Source: Blastocatellia bacterium
Lineage (GTDB): Bacteria; Acidobacteriota; Blastocatellia; UBA7656
Assembly (NCBI GenBank): GCA_963765495.1
Contig: CAVXWP010000002.1
Coordinates: forward strand, 352,001-416,000
DNA: 64,000 bases
Direction: 5' to 3'
Shown here: positions 21,558-31,625 of the stretch, one piece after another
How the letters are laid out: every line of letters begins with the position of its first letter
Numbering within the stretch: the stretch's first letter is position 1
Position numbers and translations under genes: made by a program
Notes under the pieces: generated by a model
What the model saw: the letters and a program-made list of their open reading frames with translations, nothing else
What the model was told of the DNA's origin: nothing
Database searches by the model: none

Positions 21558-21581
21558 AACCAGATCATATCGGAGTTAAAT

Positions 21582-23729
21582 ATGAGTGACCCGATCAAGC
21601 AAAAACAGTCGAAGTCAGGAAGCGGCGAAGCAGCTAACGTATTGTTACCGCAGACGTTGTTTCTTCAGAGGCAGTTGATGTTCAACCGCGAACTGTCCTG
21701 GCTGGAGTTCAACAGGCGCGTGCTCGAAGAGGCGCTCGACCCCACGCAACCGCTCCTGGAACGGTTGAAATTCCTCTCGATCTTTTCGACGAATCTGGAC
21801 GAGTTTTTCATGATCCGGGTGTCGGGGCTCAAGCAACAGATCGAAGCGGGCGTATCCGATTTATCCGTAGACGGCATGACGCCTTCGGCGCAGATGAAAG
21901 AGATATGCGACCGGCTGCGCCCGATACTTTCACAGCAAATGAGTTGTTTGAAGGAAGAGATTCTTCCTCAGTTGAGCCAGGAAGGGATACTGATCACACC
22001 CTATCGCGCGCTATCGGATCGCGAAAGACGGACGTTGAATGACTACTTCATAGAGAACGTCTTTCCGGTGCTCACGCCCCAGGCCGTAGACCCGAGTCAC
22101 CCTTTCCCTTACATCTCGAATCTCAGCCTGAATCTCGGAGTGATGATTGACCCGGCGGGCGAGGTGAGCGGAAAGGCCCCGGCTACAAACTGGATCGAGC
22201 CGCGATTTGCCCGCATAAAGGTTCCCCCCATCGTGCCCCGTCTCGTGCCCGTGGGCGATTCGGGCAGCGAGTTTACGTTCCTGGAAGAGTTGATAGCGGC
22301 CAACACCGATATATTGTTCCCCGGTATGCAAGTGGGCGAGCCTCATGTTTTTCGTGTGACGCGCGACGCCGATATAGACATAAAAGAGGACGAAGCAAAC
22401 GACCTTTTGCGAACCCTGGAAGAACAACTGCGTCGCCGCCGATTTGGAACCGCCGTGCGGCTGGAAGTCTCTACCTCGATGCCGGGCGAGATGGTCAGGT
22501 ATCTGGCAAGCGAGCTGGAACTGACGGCAACCGATGTCTACACGATAGACGGCCCGCTCAACGTGCCGGGGCTGATGTCGCTATACGGGCAGGACAAACC
22601 CGAGCTAAAAGACAGACCGCTCGTGCCTTCCGTCCCTGTTGCGCTCAGAGGCGAAGAGTATATTTTCGATGTGATCAAACGGCAGGATGTTCTGGTCCAC
22701 CATCCATACAACAGCTTTTCAACGGTTGTGAATTTCATCAGCACGGCGGCGATAGACCCGGATGTTCTGGCGATCAAGATGACCCTCTACCGCACGGGGA
22801 CAGACTCGCCCATCGTTCGCGCTTTGATGGAGGCATCGGAGCGAGGCAAGCAGGTAGCCGTGCTTGTGGAACTGAAAGCCCGCTTTGATGAGGAGAGCAA
22901 CATAGCGTGGGCGCGGCAGCTTGAGCGCGAGGGCGTGCACGTCGTTTACGGCATGCTCGGACTCAAAACACACAGCAAGCTGGCGCTTGTCGTCAGACGC
23001 GAATCGGGCGCGCTGCGCCGCTATGTTCACATTGGGACGGGCAACTACAACCCGGCGACCGCGCGCATCTACACGGATCTCGGGCTTTTCACGGCAAACG
23101 AAGAGATAGGCGCGGACGCTACGGATCTGTTCAATTACCTGACTGGATTTTCGCGGCAGGACAAGTACAGAAAGCTGCTCGTGGCGCCGATCACGCTGAG
23201 AGAGCGAATGCTCTCCCTGATCGAGCGCGAGGTATTGCATCATAAAGAGGGGCGACCGGCGCGCATCATCGCCAAGATCAACTCGCTGACCGACACCAAA
23301 ATCATACGGGCGCTTTATGAAGCCTCGCAATCGGGCGTGCCTATGAATCTGATCGTCAGGGGAATATGTTCGCTCAGGCCGGGCGCGCCGGGGCTTTCAG
23401 AGACGATCAAAGTGACGAGCATCGTGGGCCGCTTCCTTGAGCACAGCCGCATCTTCTATTTTGCAAACGGCGGCGAAGAAGACATCTACATAGGCAGCGC
23501 CGACTGGATGTTTCGTAATCTGGACCGCCGGGTTGAAATCCTGACGCCGATTGAAGACCCGCGTCTGAAGCGGCATATAAAAGACGAGATACTGGACATA
23601 CTCCTGAGCGACAACGTAAAGGCGCGGCGGCTCATGCCCGACGGGTCGTATGAAAGCCTGCAACCCTATGAGGACGAAGATAGCCTGAACAGCCAGGCTT
23701 ACTTTATGAATGCCTACGGTCAGAATTGA
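21582..23729 (+). CDS. ppk1: Polyphosphate kinase 1
   Basis: [58 protein letters not shown]. Confidence 0.97.
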   Translation: MSDPIKQKQSKSGSGEAANVLLPQTLFLQRQLMFNRELSWLEFNRRVLEEALDPTQPLLERLKFLSIFSTNLDEFFMIRVSGLKQQIEAGVSDLSVDGMTPSAQMKEICDRLRPILSQQMSCLKEEILPQLSQEGILITPYRALSDRERRTLNDYFIENVFPVLTPQAVDPSHPFPYISNLSLNLGVMIDPAGEVSGKAPATNWIEPRFARIKVPPIVPRLVPVGDSGSEFTFLEELIAANTDILFPGMQVGEPHVFRVTRDADIDIKEDEANDLLRTLEEQLRRRRFGTAVRLEVSTSMPGEMVRYLASELELTATDVYTIDGPLNVPGLMSLYGQDKPELKDRPLVPSVPVALRGEEYIFDVIKRQDVLVHHPYNSFSTVVNFISTAAIDPDVLAIKMTLYRTGTDSPIVRALMEASERGKQVAVLVELKARFDEESNIAWARQLEREGVHVVYGMLGLKTHSKLALVVRRESGALRRYVHIGTGNYNPATARIYTDLGLFTANEEIGADATDLFNYLTGFSRQDKYRKLLVAPITLRERMLSLIEREVLHHKEGRPARIIAKINSLTDTKIIRALYEASQSGVPMNLIVRGICSLRPGAPGLSETIKVTSIVGRFLEHSRIFYFANGGEEDIYIGSADWMFRNLDRRVEILTPIEDPRLKRHIKDEILDILLSDNVKARRLMPDGSYESLQPYEDEDSLNSQAYFMNAYGQN

Positions 23730-23731
23730 AT

Positions 23732-24367
23732 ATGAACAGAGCAGCAAACCCGAGGGGCGAATCGAAGAGCGGAGACAAAATCCGCACATTCATATGCATC
23801 GAGATACCCGACCCGATCAAAGCACGCATCTCAGACATACAACGCAGGCTCCGCAATACGGATGCGCAGGTTAGCTGGGTCAGGACAGAAAATATCCACC
23901 TTACATTGAAGTTTTTAGGCGATGTGCCGCGCTCTGCAATCGAGCGGGTCTGCCGCGCCACAGAGGCTGCGGCTGAGACGTGCGGCGAGTTTGAAATCAC
24001 GGTGAGCGGCGCGGGCTGCTTCCCTTCTCCGCAAAATCCGCGCGTGTTATGGATAGGACTGGCCGCTTTGCCGGAAAGCCTCAGAGAATTGCATACGAGG
24101 ATCGAAGATTTGCTCGCACGCCAGGGTTTCCCGCGAGAGCAGAAACGGTTTTCGCCTCACCTGACGATAGGTCGCGTCCGCTCTCCGCGAAATGCGGCGC
24201 TTGTTGCCGAGAAACTTATTGCCGGAGGCTTCGCGCCGGCAAGTTTCACCGCCCGCGAATGTATAGTGATGCGGAGCGAATTGAAATCTACAGGGTCTGT
24301 CTATACGCCTCAAGCCGTCATAACGCTTGGATCATTGCATCACATTGATAAAGGCGGAGACCAATGA
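23732..24367 (+). CDS. thpR: RNA 2',3'-cyclic phosphodiesterase (2H phosphoesterase)
   Basis: RTFICI, HLTLKFLG and PHLTIGR (two HxT motifs). Confidence 0.9.
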   Translation: MNRAANPRGESKSGDKIRTFICIEIPDPIKARISDIQRRLRNTDAQVSWVRTENIHLTLKFLGDVPRSAIERVCRATEAAAETCGEFEITVSGAGCFPSPQNPRVLWIGLAALPESLRELHTRIEDLLARQGFPREQKRFSPHLTIGRVRSPRNAALVAEKLIAGGFAPASFTARECIVMRSELKSTGSVYTPQAVITLGSLHHIDKGGDQ

Positions 24368-24379
24368 AGCGCACATTGA

Positions 24380-24483
24380 AATAGGCCGGGACGGACGCGG
24401 ATCGGGCGGATCAACACGGATTAGATCATAAAGAGTCAGATTCGCGTAGATCCGCCCGATCCGCGTCCGTCCCGGCCTATTTT
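24380..24483. repeat. Palindromic repeat, family C (AATAGGCCG...CGGCCTATT)
   Basis: AAATAGGCCGGGACGGACGCGGATCGGGCGGATC and its reverse complement flank a short spacer. Confidence 0.8.
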
Positions 24484-24578
24484 CCCTGCTCTGCTTATGA
24501 GCTTTCGCGTTTTCCGGCTGATTTGCAAAGATGCTCTATGGTTGCGATACTATTAATTCAGATTTAAGAGGCTGAAAT

Positions 24579-25079
24579 ATGGCAAGAGTTGAAGTCAGAG
24601 CCGTGGTTTTGACGATAAGCGACAAGGCATCACGCGGTGAGCGCGAAGATCAGTCGGGGCCCGCGGTCGTGGGCGAGCTTGAAAAGCTTGGCTGCCGGAT
24701 TGTGGCCACAGAGATCATTTCCGATGACGCTGAATTGATCTCGTCGAGGCTGCGCCATCACGCCGACAAGGGCGATGTTGATTTGATCTGCACGACGGGC
24801 GGGACCGGGTTTGCTCCGCGTGATAACACGCCCGAAGCTACGCGGGCTGTCATCGAGCGCGAGGCCCCGGGGCTCGCGGAATTGATGAGGCTCAAGAGTC
24901 TTGATTCGACCCCGCTTGCGGCCCTGTCACGAGCAGTCTGCGGGATACGCGGGCGCACGCTGATAATCAACCTGCCGGGAAGCCGACGAGGCGCGGTCGA
25001 AAACTTCACAGCCATTCGCAGTCAGATTCCTCACGCGATTGGCTTGCTGACCGAGCAATCCAGAAAATGCGCCAGTTGA
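24579..25079 (+). CDS. mog: Molybdopterin adenylyltransferase, MogA/MoaB family
   Basis: LTISD, TTGGTGFAPRDNTPEAT, IINLPGS. Confidence 0.9.
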   Translation: MARVEVRAVVLTISDKASRGEREDQSGPAVVGELEKLGCRIVATEIISDDAELISSRLRHHADKGDVDLICTTGGTGFAPRDNTPEATRAVIEREAPGLAELMRLKSLDSTPLAALSRAVCGIRGRTLIINLPGSRRGAVENFTAIRSQIPHAIGLLTEQSRKCAS

Positions 25080-25112
25080 CCCGATAAATCAATAACGGAG
25101 AGCAAAAGGGAG

Positions 25113-26075
25113 ATGGGTTCAAATCCGGACCGTCTTGTTCATGCCACCTCGGCAAACAATCAAATCAGATGCATGGCCGCTCGAACGACTTCGCTTGTAG
25201 GTGAAGCCTGTCGCCGCCATCACACATTTCCGACCGCTTCCGTGGCGCTCGGGCGCACGATAACCGGCACGCTTTTGCTGGGAAGCGGTGTAAAAGACCT
25301 CGAAAAAATAACGGTCCATTTCGATTGCGACGGGCCTATTGGCCAGATAATCGCTCAGGCCGACCCTTACGGCAAGGTGCGCGGTTACGTCTCAAACCCC
25401 GAAGCCGACGCAAGGACTATGAATGAGCGCGGCAAGTTCGACGTGAAGGCGATAGTCGGCTCGGGCACAATGTATGTGACACGCGACGCGGGATTTGAGA
25501 TTGGCCTGTCTAAGGAACCTTATCGCGGCTCGGTTCCAATCGTATCGGGGGAGATAGGCGAAGACTTCGCCTACTATCTGGCCAAGTCCGAGCAGATCAA
25601 TTCAGCGGTCAGCCTCGGCGTGTTGATGTCTGTTGATCAGGACGAGGACACAGATTCGAGCGTCTCGCAGACGAGCACGGCAAGGTTCTCTCTCGACCGT
25701 CTGCGCGTAGTGGCGGCGGGCGGATTTATCCTCCAGATGATGCCGAGCGCGGACGAGGGTTTAGTCAGGCACGTGGAGCAGACTATGACCAGAATCCCCT
25801 CCTCGACCGAAATGATACGCGAGGGGATGGAGCCGGAAGAGATGCTTCGGGCGGCTCTCGGAGAGCTTGAGCTTGACGTGCTGGAACAGATCGAACCGCG
25901 TTTCGAGTGTCCGTGTTCGCCCGAGCGCGCAAGACAGATGATTTCGGCGCTCGGGCGCGAAGAAGTGCAGGACATGATCGAAAAGGAGAATGGAGCCGAG
26001 CTTATCTGTCACTACTGCAACGAGACCTACCGCTTGACCGGCGATGAGCTAAAGAATTTGAGATTTGAGATTTGA
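25113..26075 (+). CDS. hslO: Hsp33 redox-regulated chaperone
   Basis: GPIGQI..A...G.VRGY, YYLAKSEQ, AAGGFILQ, C-terminal CPC and CHYC Zn ligands. Confidence 0.93.
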   Translation: MGSNPDRLVHATSANNQIRCMAARTTSLVGEACRRHHTFPTASVALGRTITGTLLLGSGVKDLEKITVHFDCDGPIGQIIAQADPYGKVRGYVSNPEADARTMNERGKFDVKAIVGSGTMYVTRDAGFEIGLSKEPYRGSVPIVSGEIGEDFAYYLAKSEQINSAVSLGVLMSVDQDEDTDSSVSQTSTARFSLDRLRVVAAGGFILQMMPSADEGLVRHVEQTMTRIPSSTEMIREGMEPEEMLRAALGELELDVLEQIEPRFECPCSPERARQMISALGREEVQDMIEKENGAELICHYCNETYRLTGDELKNLRFEI

Positions 26076-26084
26076 ATCTCAAAT
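26057..26084. repeat. Short TTTGAGA-type inverted repeat (family E)
   Basis: TTTGAGATTTGAGATTTGAATCTCAAAT; similar hairpin at 35822-35850. Confidence 0.5.
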
Positions 26085-26110
26085 GAACGGGTGTGAAGAA
26101 GAGTCCCTGC

Positions 26111-26188
26111 TCGATATAGGGGCTCGATATAGAGGGTCGATATAGAGGGTCGATATAGAGGGTCGATATAGAGGGTCGATATAGAGGC
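26111..26188. repeat. Tandem repeat, 6 x 13 bp (TCGATATAGAGGG)
   Basis: Six contiguous units; four are identical and the two terminal units are slightly variant. Confidence 0.9.
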
Positions 26189-26902
26189 TCAATACATCTC
26201 TCTGAGCAATCGTCCGATCTGGCGCTGGAGCGTTCTGTAAATAGGGTCGATGGGCTGGCTGGCATCTATCACTTCAAATCCGTACTCTTCGATCATCGAA
26301 TCGAAGACGGCGAGCATCCTCGTTTGATACTCGACAAAGCTGTCGAACAGATCCGCCCCCAGGTGCATGTCCATCCCCGATTCCCAGTAATCGAACCCGT
26401 CCGGCTTTGTCAAAACGCGCGGCATTAAATCCTTGACTCGCGGGCGGATGTAAAAGATCGCGTCGGGTTTGAGCGCAAGCCCGTATACGGATTTTATCCA
26501 CTCCGGGTCCATGCCGCGCACGATGGCTCGCGCTATCAGAGAGTATGTGTATCGGTCGGTCAGGACTATGAAACCGGCGCGAAGGGCCGGAATCATCTGA
26601 TTTTCCAACCGGTCGGCGAAGTCGGTGGCATAAAAGAGCGTCAGCGAAATCGGGCCGAGCGAATACCCCTGCTTTGCCTGCTTGATCCCTTTACCGGCGA
26701 GCGCCGAGCGGGTCATCCCGGTATCGAGCACGGCGTGGCCGTTTGATTCCAGCCAGGGCTTTAGCATGGAGACTTGCGTGGACCGGCCTACTCCGTCCGG
26801 CCCTTCGATGACTATCAATCTGCCTTGCAGTTCTTCGAGATTCACATCCGGCAAGCCTTCGCCGTAGAACTCGAAACGGTGACTTTCGGGTTTTTCTTTC
26901 AA
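26189..26902 (-). CDS. Thymidylate kinase-like protein, subunit with atypical P-loop
   Basis: IEGPDGVGRST (Arg in place of the P-loop Lys), TDRY; likely TTG start at 26902 after GAGG. Confidence 0.82.
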   Translation of the reverse strand: MKEKPESHRFEFYGEGLPDVNLEELQGRLIVIEGPDGVGRSTQVSMLKPWLESNGHAVLDTGMTRSALAGKGIKQAKQGYSLGPISLTLFYATDFADRLENQMIPALRAGFIVLTDRYTYSLIARAIVRGMDPEWIKSVYGLALKPDAIFYIRPRVKDLMPRVLTKPDGFDYWESGMDMHLGADLFDSFVEYQTRMLAVFDSMIEEYGFEVIDASQPIDPIYRTLQRQIGRLLREMY

Positions 26903-26909
26903 TACTGGT

Positions 26910-27626
26910 TCAATCCTCTTCAGATTCGGATTCGAAAAAATGGCTCGAATGTTTGGGCACATCGTGAAGGTGGTTTTCGACCAGCGCGCGCACTTCATCC
27001 TGCTGTTCTTCAATAGAGCGAGTCGCGTCTATCACGGTGAGGCCGAATTCTTCGACCATCTCTTCGTATCGTTCCATTATCATTCCCTGAAAGAATTCAA
27101 AGCTCTCTTCGATATCGTCGGTCAGGCCGAGGTCAAGCCCGGCTTCGTAGTATTTCAGACCGGCCCGCGCTCCCAGGATGCGTTTAAGCGAGACCTCCAG
27201 AGGCACGCGAAAGTAAAAGGCTATGCTTGGTTTGACAGCGAACCTGTAAAGCTGACGCACCCACAGCGGGTCAACTCCGCGAGCCACATCGCGCGCAAAG
27301 GCGGTGTAGATGTAACGGTCGGCCAGGACTATCGCGCCCGCCTTGAGCGGGGGAATGATGTGGCGCTCGATGCGGTCGGCCAGATCGGTCGAGTGAATAA
27401 GTGAGAATGTGGTCGGCGTGAGCATGTGCTTGCGCTTGCCCCGACGCGTCGTCACTTTTACCAGTGGCGAAGAGTTCCACTCGCTGAAAAAGACCATGTA
27501 GCCTTCGCGTCTCAACCACTGTTGCAGGAGGCTGAGTTGCGTAGACTTGCCCGAACCGTCTATGCCCTCGACGATAAAGAGCTTGCCCGGAAATGTGTGA
27601 TCGCCAAACATTTGCATAACCGACAT
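26910..27626 (-). CDS. Thymidylate kinase-like protein, subunit with canonical P-loop
   Basis: VEGIDGSGKST, SEWNSS in place of REPGG, ADRY; start about ATG 27626. Confidence 0.85.
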   Translation of the reverse strand: MSVMQMFGDHTFPGKLFIVEGIDGSGKSTQLSLLQQWLRREGYMVFFSEWNSSPLVKVTTRRGKRKHMLTPTTFSLIHSTDLADRIERHIIPPLKAGAIVLADRYIYTAFARDVARGVDPLWVRQLYRFAVKPSIAFYFRVPLEVSLKRILGARAGLKYYEAGLDLGLTDDIEESFEFFQGMIMERYEEMVEEFGLTVIDATRSIEEQQDEVRALVENHLHDVPKHSSHFFESESEED

Positions 27627-27672
27627 CCGACGACTTAGAGTATAAGCATTGCGCACTGGAAGGCAAATAATT

Positions 27673-28293
27673 ATGTTCCTGAGACCGTTTTTTCTGTACT
27701 TGATTCTTACACCAACCCTCGTTATCGCGTCTGGAATGCCTCCGGCGGGCGCTCTTTCTTCGGATGACGAACCCGAATATGCGCCCATTGTCGAACGCGA
27801 TATGGATTTTTTCGATTTCACGTTAAAGACGACCGGAGGGCAGGAGTTCAACCTGCGCCGGTATGCAGCCGACAAACAGATTGTGATCGTCGGTTTTGTT
27901 GCGGGCTGGTGTAAAAACAGCAACAACAACGGTCACGTCATAAAGCGGCTCTACGATAAATACAAAGACCGGGGCCTGGGTCTTGTCGCGGTTATGGAGT
28001 ACTCGACTTCGGATGAAATCGAGATTCACTCAAACCGCATAGGCATTGATTACCCGGTAGTCATAGAGACCGAAAGCCGGGGGAAGCGCAAGAAATCAGC
28101 CCATTACAAATACCGAAAGAAGGCCGGAGACAACCGCAAGTGGGGAACGCCCTTTTACGTAATCATCGAAACTGACAAGATTGAACCGGCACAGGGAAAA
28201 GACTTGATTGCCCGGCATGTTTACACCGTCGCGGGCGAGATTATCGAATCTGAGGCCGAGCAGTTTATCGAGCAGCGTCTACGTGACAAGTGA
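27673..28293 (+). CDS. Exported redoxin/thioredoxin-fold protein (CxxS)
   Basis: Signal-like N-terminus, DFTLKT..G..FNL, AGWCKNS, WGTP cis-Pro motif. Confidence 0.7.
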   Translation: MFLRPFFLYLILTPTLVIASGMPPAGALSSDDEPEYAPIVERDMDFFDFTLKTTGGQEFNLRRYAADKQIVIVGFVAGWCKNSNNNGHVIKRLYDKYKDRGLGLVAVMEYSTSDEIEIHSNRIGIDYPVVIETESRGKRKKSAHYKYRKKAGDNRKWGTPFYVIIETDKIEPAQGKDLIARHVYTVAGEIIESEAEQFIEQRLRDK

Positions 28294-28379
28294 TGCGTGA
28301 TCTGTGATGCGTGATTGACCGGGCTTGCGAGTTGTCTTTAACCTGCGGCCTGTCTGGGAATCACGCATCACGCATCACG
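28290..28379. repeat. Heptamer-armed element (family A)
   Basis: GTGATGCGTGATCTGTGATGCGTGAT...ATCACGCATCACGCATCACG. Confidence 0.75.
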
Positions 28380-28384
28380 TCCAT

Positions 28385-29596
28385 CTATTTCTGCGGGTTT
28401 GATTCAAGTACTGCTGACTGAGCGCCGGTTGGGGTGATGTCCGGTTCGAGATCAAGCACCTGCTGAGTCGCATCCTCCGGCTTGCGCAGAGATCGAATCC
28501 CGCGATAGGCAAGGTAATGGTTGTAGGTGACTACGATCAACCCTACAAATGGAATCGCCAGAAAGATGCCGGTCAGTCCTGCGATTTCGGCCCCGCTCAA
28601 AACGGCAAGCACCACTATCAGCGGATGCATTTTTATGCCGTGGCCTATAATACGCGGATAGACTATATAATCGTGCACTATGCGAAGCACGGCGAGAAAC
28701 AGCACAGACCACAGCGCCAGTTTGAAAGAGGCGGTAAGTGTCAGGCTGAAAATAATGATCGCGGCAAGCAAGGGACCTACGAGCGGGACAAATTCCAGCA
28801 CCCCGGCAATCGCGCCGAGCACGACGGCATAAGGCACGCCGATCAACCCGAGACCTACGGTTACTTCGGCTCCGATCACAAGACAGGCGGTGATCTGCGC
28901 CCTTATGTAGGCGGCTATCGTGCCGCTCACATCGAGCAACAGGTAATGGACTCGCTTTTGCAGTCTCTCGTCCGGGAAAAAAGCCAGCAGGCTGTGCTCG
29001 AAAGACTCGGCATCTTTCAGAAGAAAGAACGACATGATCGGCACGATGATCAACCACGGAAGGTAAGCCAGGTAGCCTAATAGCCCTCTGACCTGACCGC
29101 TCAGCCACGGGAAAAGCTCTTCGGCCGCCCTCGTAATCTGGCCAAAGATTTCTTCTCGCCACGCATCGGGCAGTTCGAGATGTCTGAGCCAGCTATCGGC
29201 GCTAGTGAAGGTCTTTTTCACCGATTCCGACCCGCTCGTGAGGTAGTTTGGCAGGTTGCCCGCAAGCTCGTTTGCCTGCACCTGTAAGACGGGGAGGATC
29301 ATCAGCGCAGCAACAAAGACCACCGCTCCAAAGACGAGGTAGACCACACCGATGCTTACGCCGCGCGGCAATTTGAAGGCGCGGCCCGCCAGATATACGG
29401 GCTGCTCAAACAACCGGACGAGCGGCGCTATCAGATAGCAGAAAAAGATCGACAACACCAGTAAGAGGATGATCGATCTGAGCATATAAAGCGCCCAGAA
29501 GAAGATCAGCGCGCAGGTTATGATGGCCACTACCCGCACGACCACCATCGTCCACACTCGAATCAATTGAGATTGATTGACAGGCTTTTGCTCCAA
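28385..29596 (-). CDS. AI-2E (PerM/TqsA) family transporter
   Basis: Multi-TM protein, YIRAQ, EFVPLVGP, PRIIG...MHPL, GIFLAIP. Confidence 0.9.
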   Translation of the reverse strand: MEQKPVNQSQLIRVWTMVVVRVVAIITCALIFFWALYMLRSIILLLVLSIFFCYLIAPLVRLFEQPVYLAGRAFKLPRGVSIGVVYLVFGAVVFVAALMILPVLQVQANELAGNLPNYLTSGSESVKKTFTSADSWLRHLELPDAWREEIFGQITRAAEELFPWLSGQVRGLLGYLAYLPWLIIVPIMSFFLLKDAESFEHSLLAFFPDERLQKRVHYLLLDVSGTIAAYIRAQITACLVIGAEVTVGLGLIGVPYAVVLGAIAGVLEFVPLVGPLLAAIIIFSLTLTASFKLALWSVLFLAVLRIVHDYIVYPRIIGHGIKMHPLIVVLAVLSGAEIAGLTGIFLAIPFVGLIVVTYNHYLAYRGIRSLRKPEDATQQVLDLEPDITPTGAQSAVLESNPQK

Positions 29597-29694
29597 GCTA
29601 TCCTCCCGGCTCTGAGCGGGGCTAATATGATATGGTCAGTATAACACTCCTGTATTTAAGAGTCAGCAATGATGTGCCCGATAAGAGTTCAGAT

Positions 29695-29764
29695 TAGCCA
29701 CAGAGGCACAGAGACACAGAGAAGAGATCACAAAAGAACTCTGTGTCTCTGTGCCTCTGTGGCT
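29695..29764. repeat. Palindromic repeat, family B
   Basis: TAGCCACAGAGGCACAGAGACACAGAG...CTCTGTGTCTCTGTGCCTCTGTGGCTA perfect arms. Confidence 0.8.
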
Positions 29765-29778
29765 ATTTCCTTCCCCAG

Positions 29779-29815
29779 AAAAAAGAGACGGCCCGAGCTT
29801 TCATGCCCGGGCCGT
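29779..29815 (-). terminator. Rho-independent terminator after ctpA
   Basis: Minus strand reads ACGGCCCGGGC-loop-GCTCGGGCCGT followed by CTCTTTTTT. Confidence 0.7.
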
Positions 29816-29848
29816 TTACGATTTGCCGGTTGACTTGAACCGGGCGAA

Positions 29849-31504
29849 TCAGTTTCTGCGCGCATCCCCCGTGCGCGATTGAGCGCGCAATCGGATGATG
29901 TCTTCGGCCATCATGCGGGCCTTCGGTATTTCAGACAACGCCTTTTGCATCTGCGGGTCGCCTTCGAGCAATACCTGTGAGGCCACTTCCTGACCATAGG
30001 CCGCCGTTACTACCTCGTTGCGGATTCGAATCTTGAGCCAATCGGCGTCCTTGTCTACGCGGGATTCGTCGGCCTTCAACTCTTTATGCGTGTGCAGGTA
30101 GTTTTTAAAGGCGGCGATCACCTTATCGTTCACCACATATTCTTCGGGAGTCAGATTATGTTTATGATCGGCCGGGTGTTCTATTTTGAACTGCTCGAGC
30201 CCGGGGATGAGGCCGGCTACCAGATTACGAGAGAAATCGAATACCGGCTCGATCCAGAGACGGATAAGCTCGGCTTCTTTGGCGGGAATCTTTACATCAA
30301 CATCCGGGTCGATGCCGCCGCCGCCATAAACTGTGCGGCCCGAGTCGGTTCGCTTCTCTTCTGTGCGATTCACGGCGTCTTTGTCGCCGCGCTTCAAATA
30401 GTAATCGTAAAAGGAACGGCCCGCGTATTCGCGCTGAATCAAGCGACCGCTCGGCGTGTAGTAATGTCCGGTCGTAAGCGTGAGGCCGGAGCCGTCGCCG
30501 AGCGTAAAGACGGTCTGAACCAGCCCTTTGCCAAAGCTGTTTTCGCCTACAAGCCGGGCGCGGTCATGATCCTGAAGAGCGCCCGCGACGATCTCGGCCG
30601 CCGAAGCCGTGCCTCGATTTATCAGCACCACCAGCGGATAGTCTTCCGGGTCGTTGTTGAAAGCGGCCATCTCCCTTGTGGGAAATACCGACGGGCGGCC
30701 TTTCATCGTGAGAATCTTCTGGCCGCGATACAGGAAGAGGTTCGATACCTTCCAGGCCTGGTCTACCAGCCCGCCGCGATTGCCGCGCAGGTCGAGCACG
30801 AGAGACTTCATCCCGCGCTCTTTAAGGTCTCTGATAGCTTCGCGCATCTCTTCGTGGGTCGTAGTGTTGAATCCGCGTGAGAGGTTGATATAGCCCACGC
30901 CGTCAGGCCCCAGATAATAATTCGAGATCGAGGGCAGCGGCACCGAAGCTCGCGTGAGTTTGAACTCAAGCGGATGATCTACGCCGAGACGCCCTACCTT
31001 GACGCTGACTTTTGTGCCTTCGGGTCCGAGCAGATGATTGGCCACCTGGGTCGAGTTCCATCCTTCGGTCGACTCGCCGTTGATCTCAAGTATCTGGTCT
31101 CCGTAAAAGATGCCGCCGCGATAAGCTGGAGTCCCATCAAACGGAGAGTTGATATAGACCTTGCCGTTTCGCGGCACGATGGTAGAGCCTATGCCGGAGT
31201 AGCGGCTGCGTTGCTCATTTTGAAACTTCTCCCACTCTTCGCGGTCGAAATAATTCGAGTGCGGATCGAGCGTATGAAGCATGCCGAGGATGGAAAATTT
31301 CGCCATCTTATCGAAATCCACATCACCCGCGTAATTGTCCTTGGCAACGAGCAATGCCTTTGCGAAATCATCGGCAATCTTTTGCCTCGTTACAGCATCA
31401 TCCTCGCCCTGGCCCAGCAGGCGCTGCGTTGGATGCGCTCCGGCAAAAGTCAACGGCATAACCAGTGCAATGACCAGCGCCCAGTAACGTTTCTTGACTC
31501 TCAT
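29849..31504 (-). CDS. ctpA: Carboxyl-terminal processing protease (S41A, PDZ)
   Basis: LDPHS, GIG, PDZ domain, LDLRGNRGG, TASAAEIV, SFGKG, YYTPSGR; signal peptide. Confidence 0.9.
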   Translation of the reverse strand: MRVKKRYWALVIALVMPLTFAGAHPTQRLLGQGEDDAVTRQKIADDFAKALLVAKDNYAGDVDFDKMAKFSILGMLHTLDPHSNYFDREEWEKFQNEQRSRYSGIGSTIVPRNGKVYINSPFDGTPAYRGGIFYGDQILEINGESTEGWNSTQVANHLLGPEGTKVSVKVGRLGVDHPLEFKLTRASVPLPSISNYYLGPDGVGYINLSRGFNTTTHEEMREAIRDLKERGMKSLVLDLRGNRGGLVDQAWKVSNLFLYRGQKILTMKGRPSVFPTREMAAFNNDPEDYPLVVLINRGTASAAEIVAGALQDHDRARLVGENSFGKGLVQTVFTLGDGSGLTLTTGHYYTPSGRLIQREYAGRSFYDYYLKRGDKDAVNRTEEKRTDSGRTVYGGGGIDPDVDVKIPAKEAELIRLWIEPVFDFSRNLVAGLIPGLEQFKIEHPADHKHNLTPEEYVVNDKVIAAFKNYLHTHKELKADESRVDKDADWLKIRIRNEVVTAAYGQEVASQVLLEGDPQMQKALSEIPKARMMAEDIIRLRAQSRTGDARRN

Positions 31505-31625
31505 TATTAATCTCTCAATGCTTGGTGAAAACAACTAGAGCGAAACCAATGGATCGCCCGCTTTCGAGCCGCTCAAGACATATCAAATTCTAGCGGAAAG
31601 AGTTTTATAAAACAACCTTACCGTG

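Noticed and set aside
25630-25710. Acidic/Ser-rich insertion in Hsp33
   Set aside because: In-frame loop insertion with all functional motifs intact; no evidence of an intein or special role
26111-26188. Possible CRISPR array
   Set aside because: Contiguous 13-bp units with no spacers, and no cas genes in the window
27627-27929. Long N-terminal extension of the TMK-like ORF
   Set aside because: Overlaps the divergent redoxin gene; TMK similarity begins only near 27626
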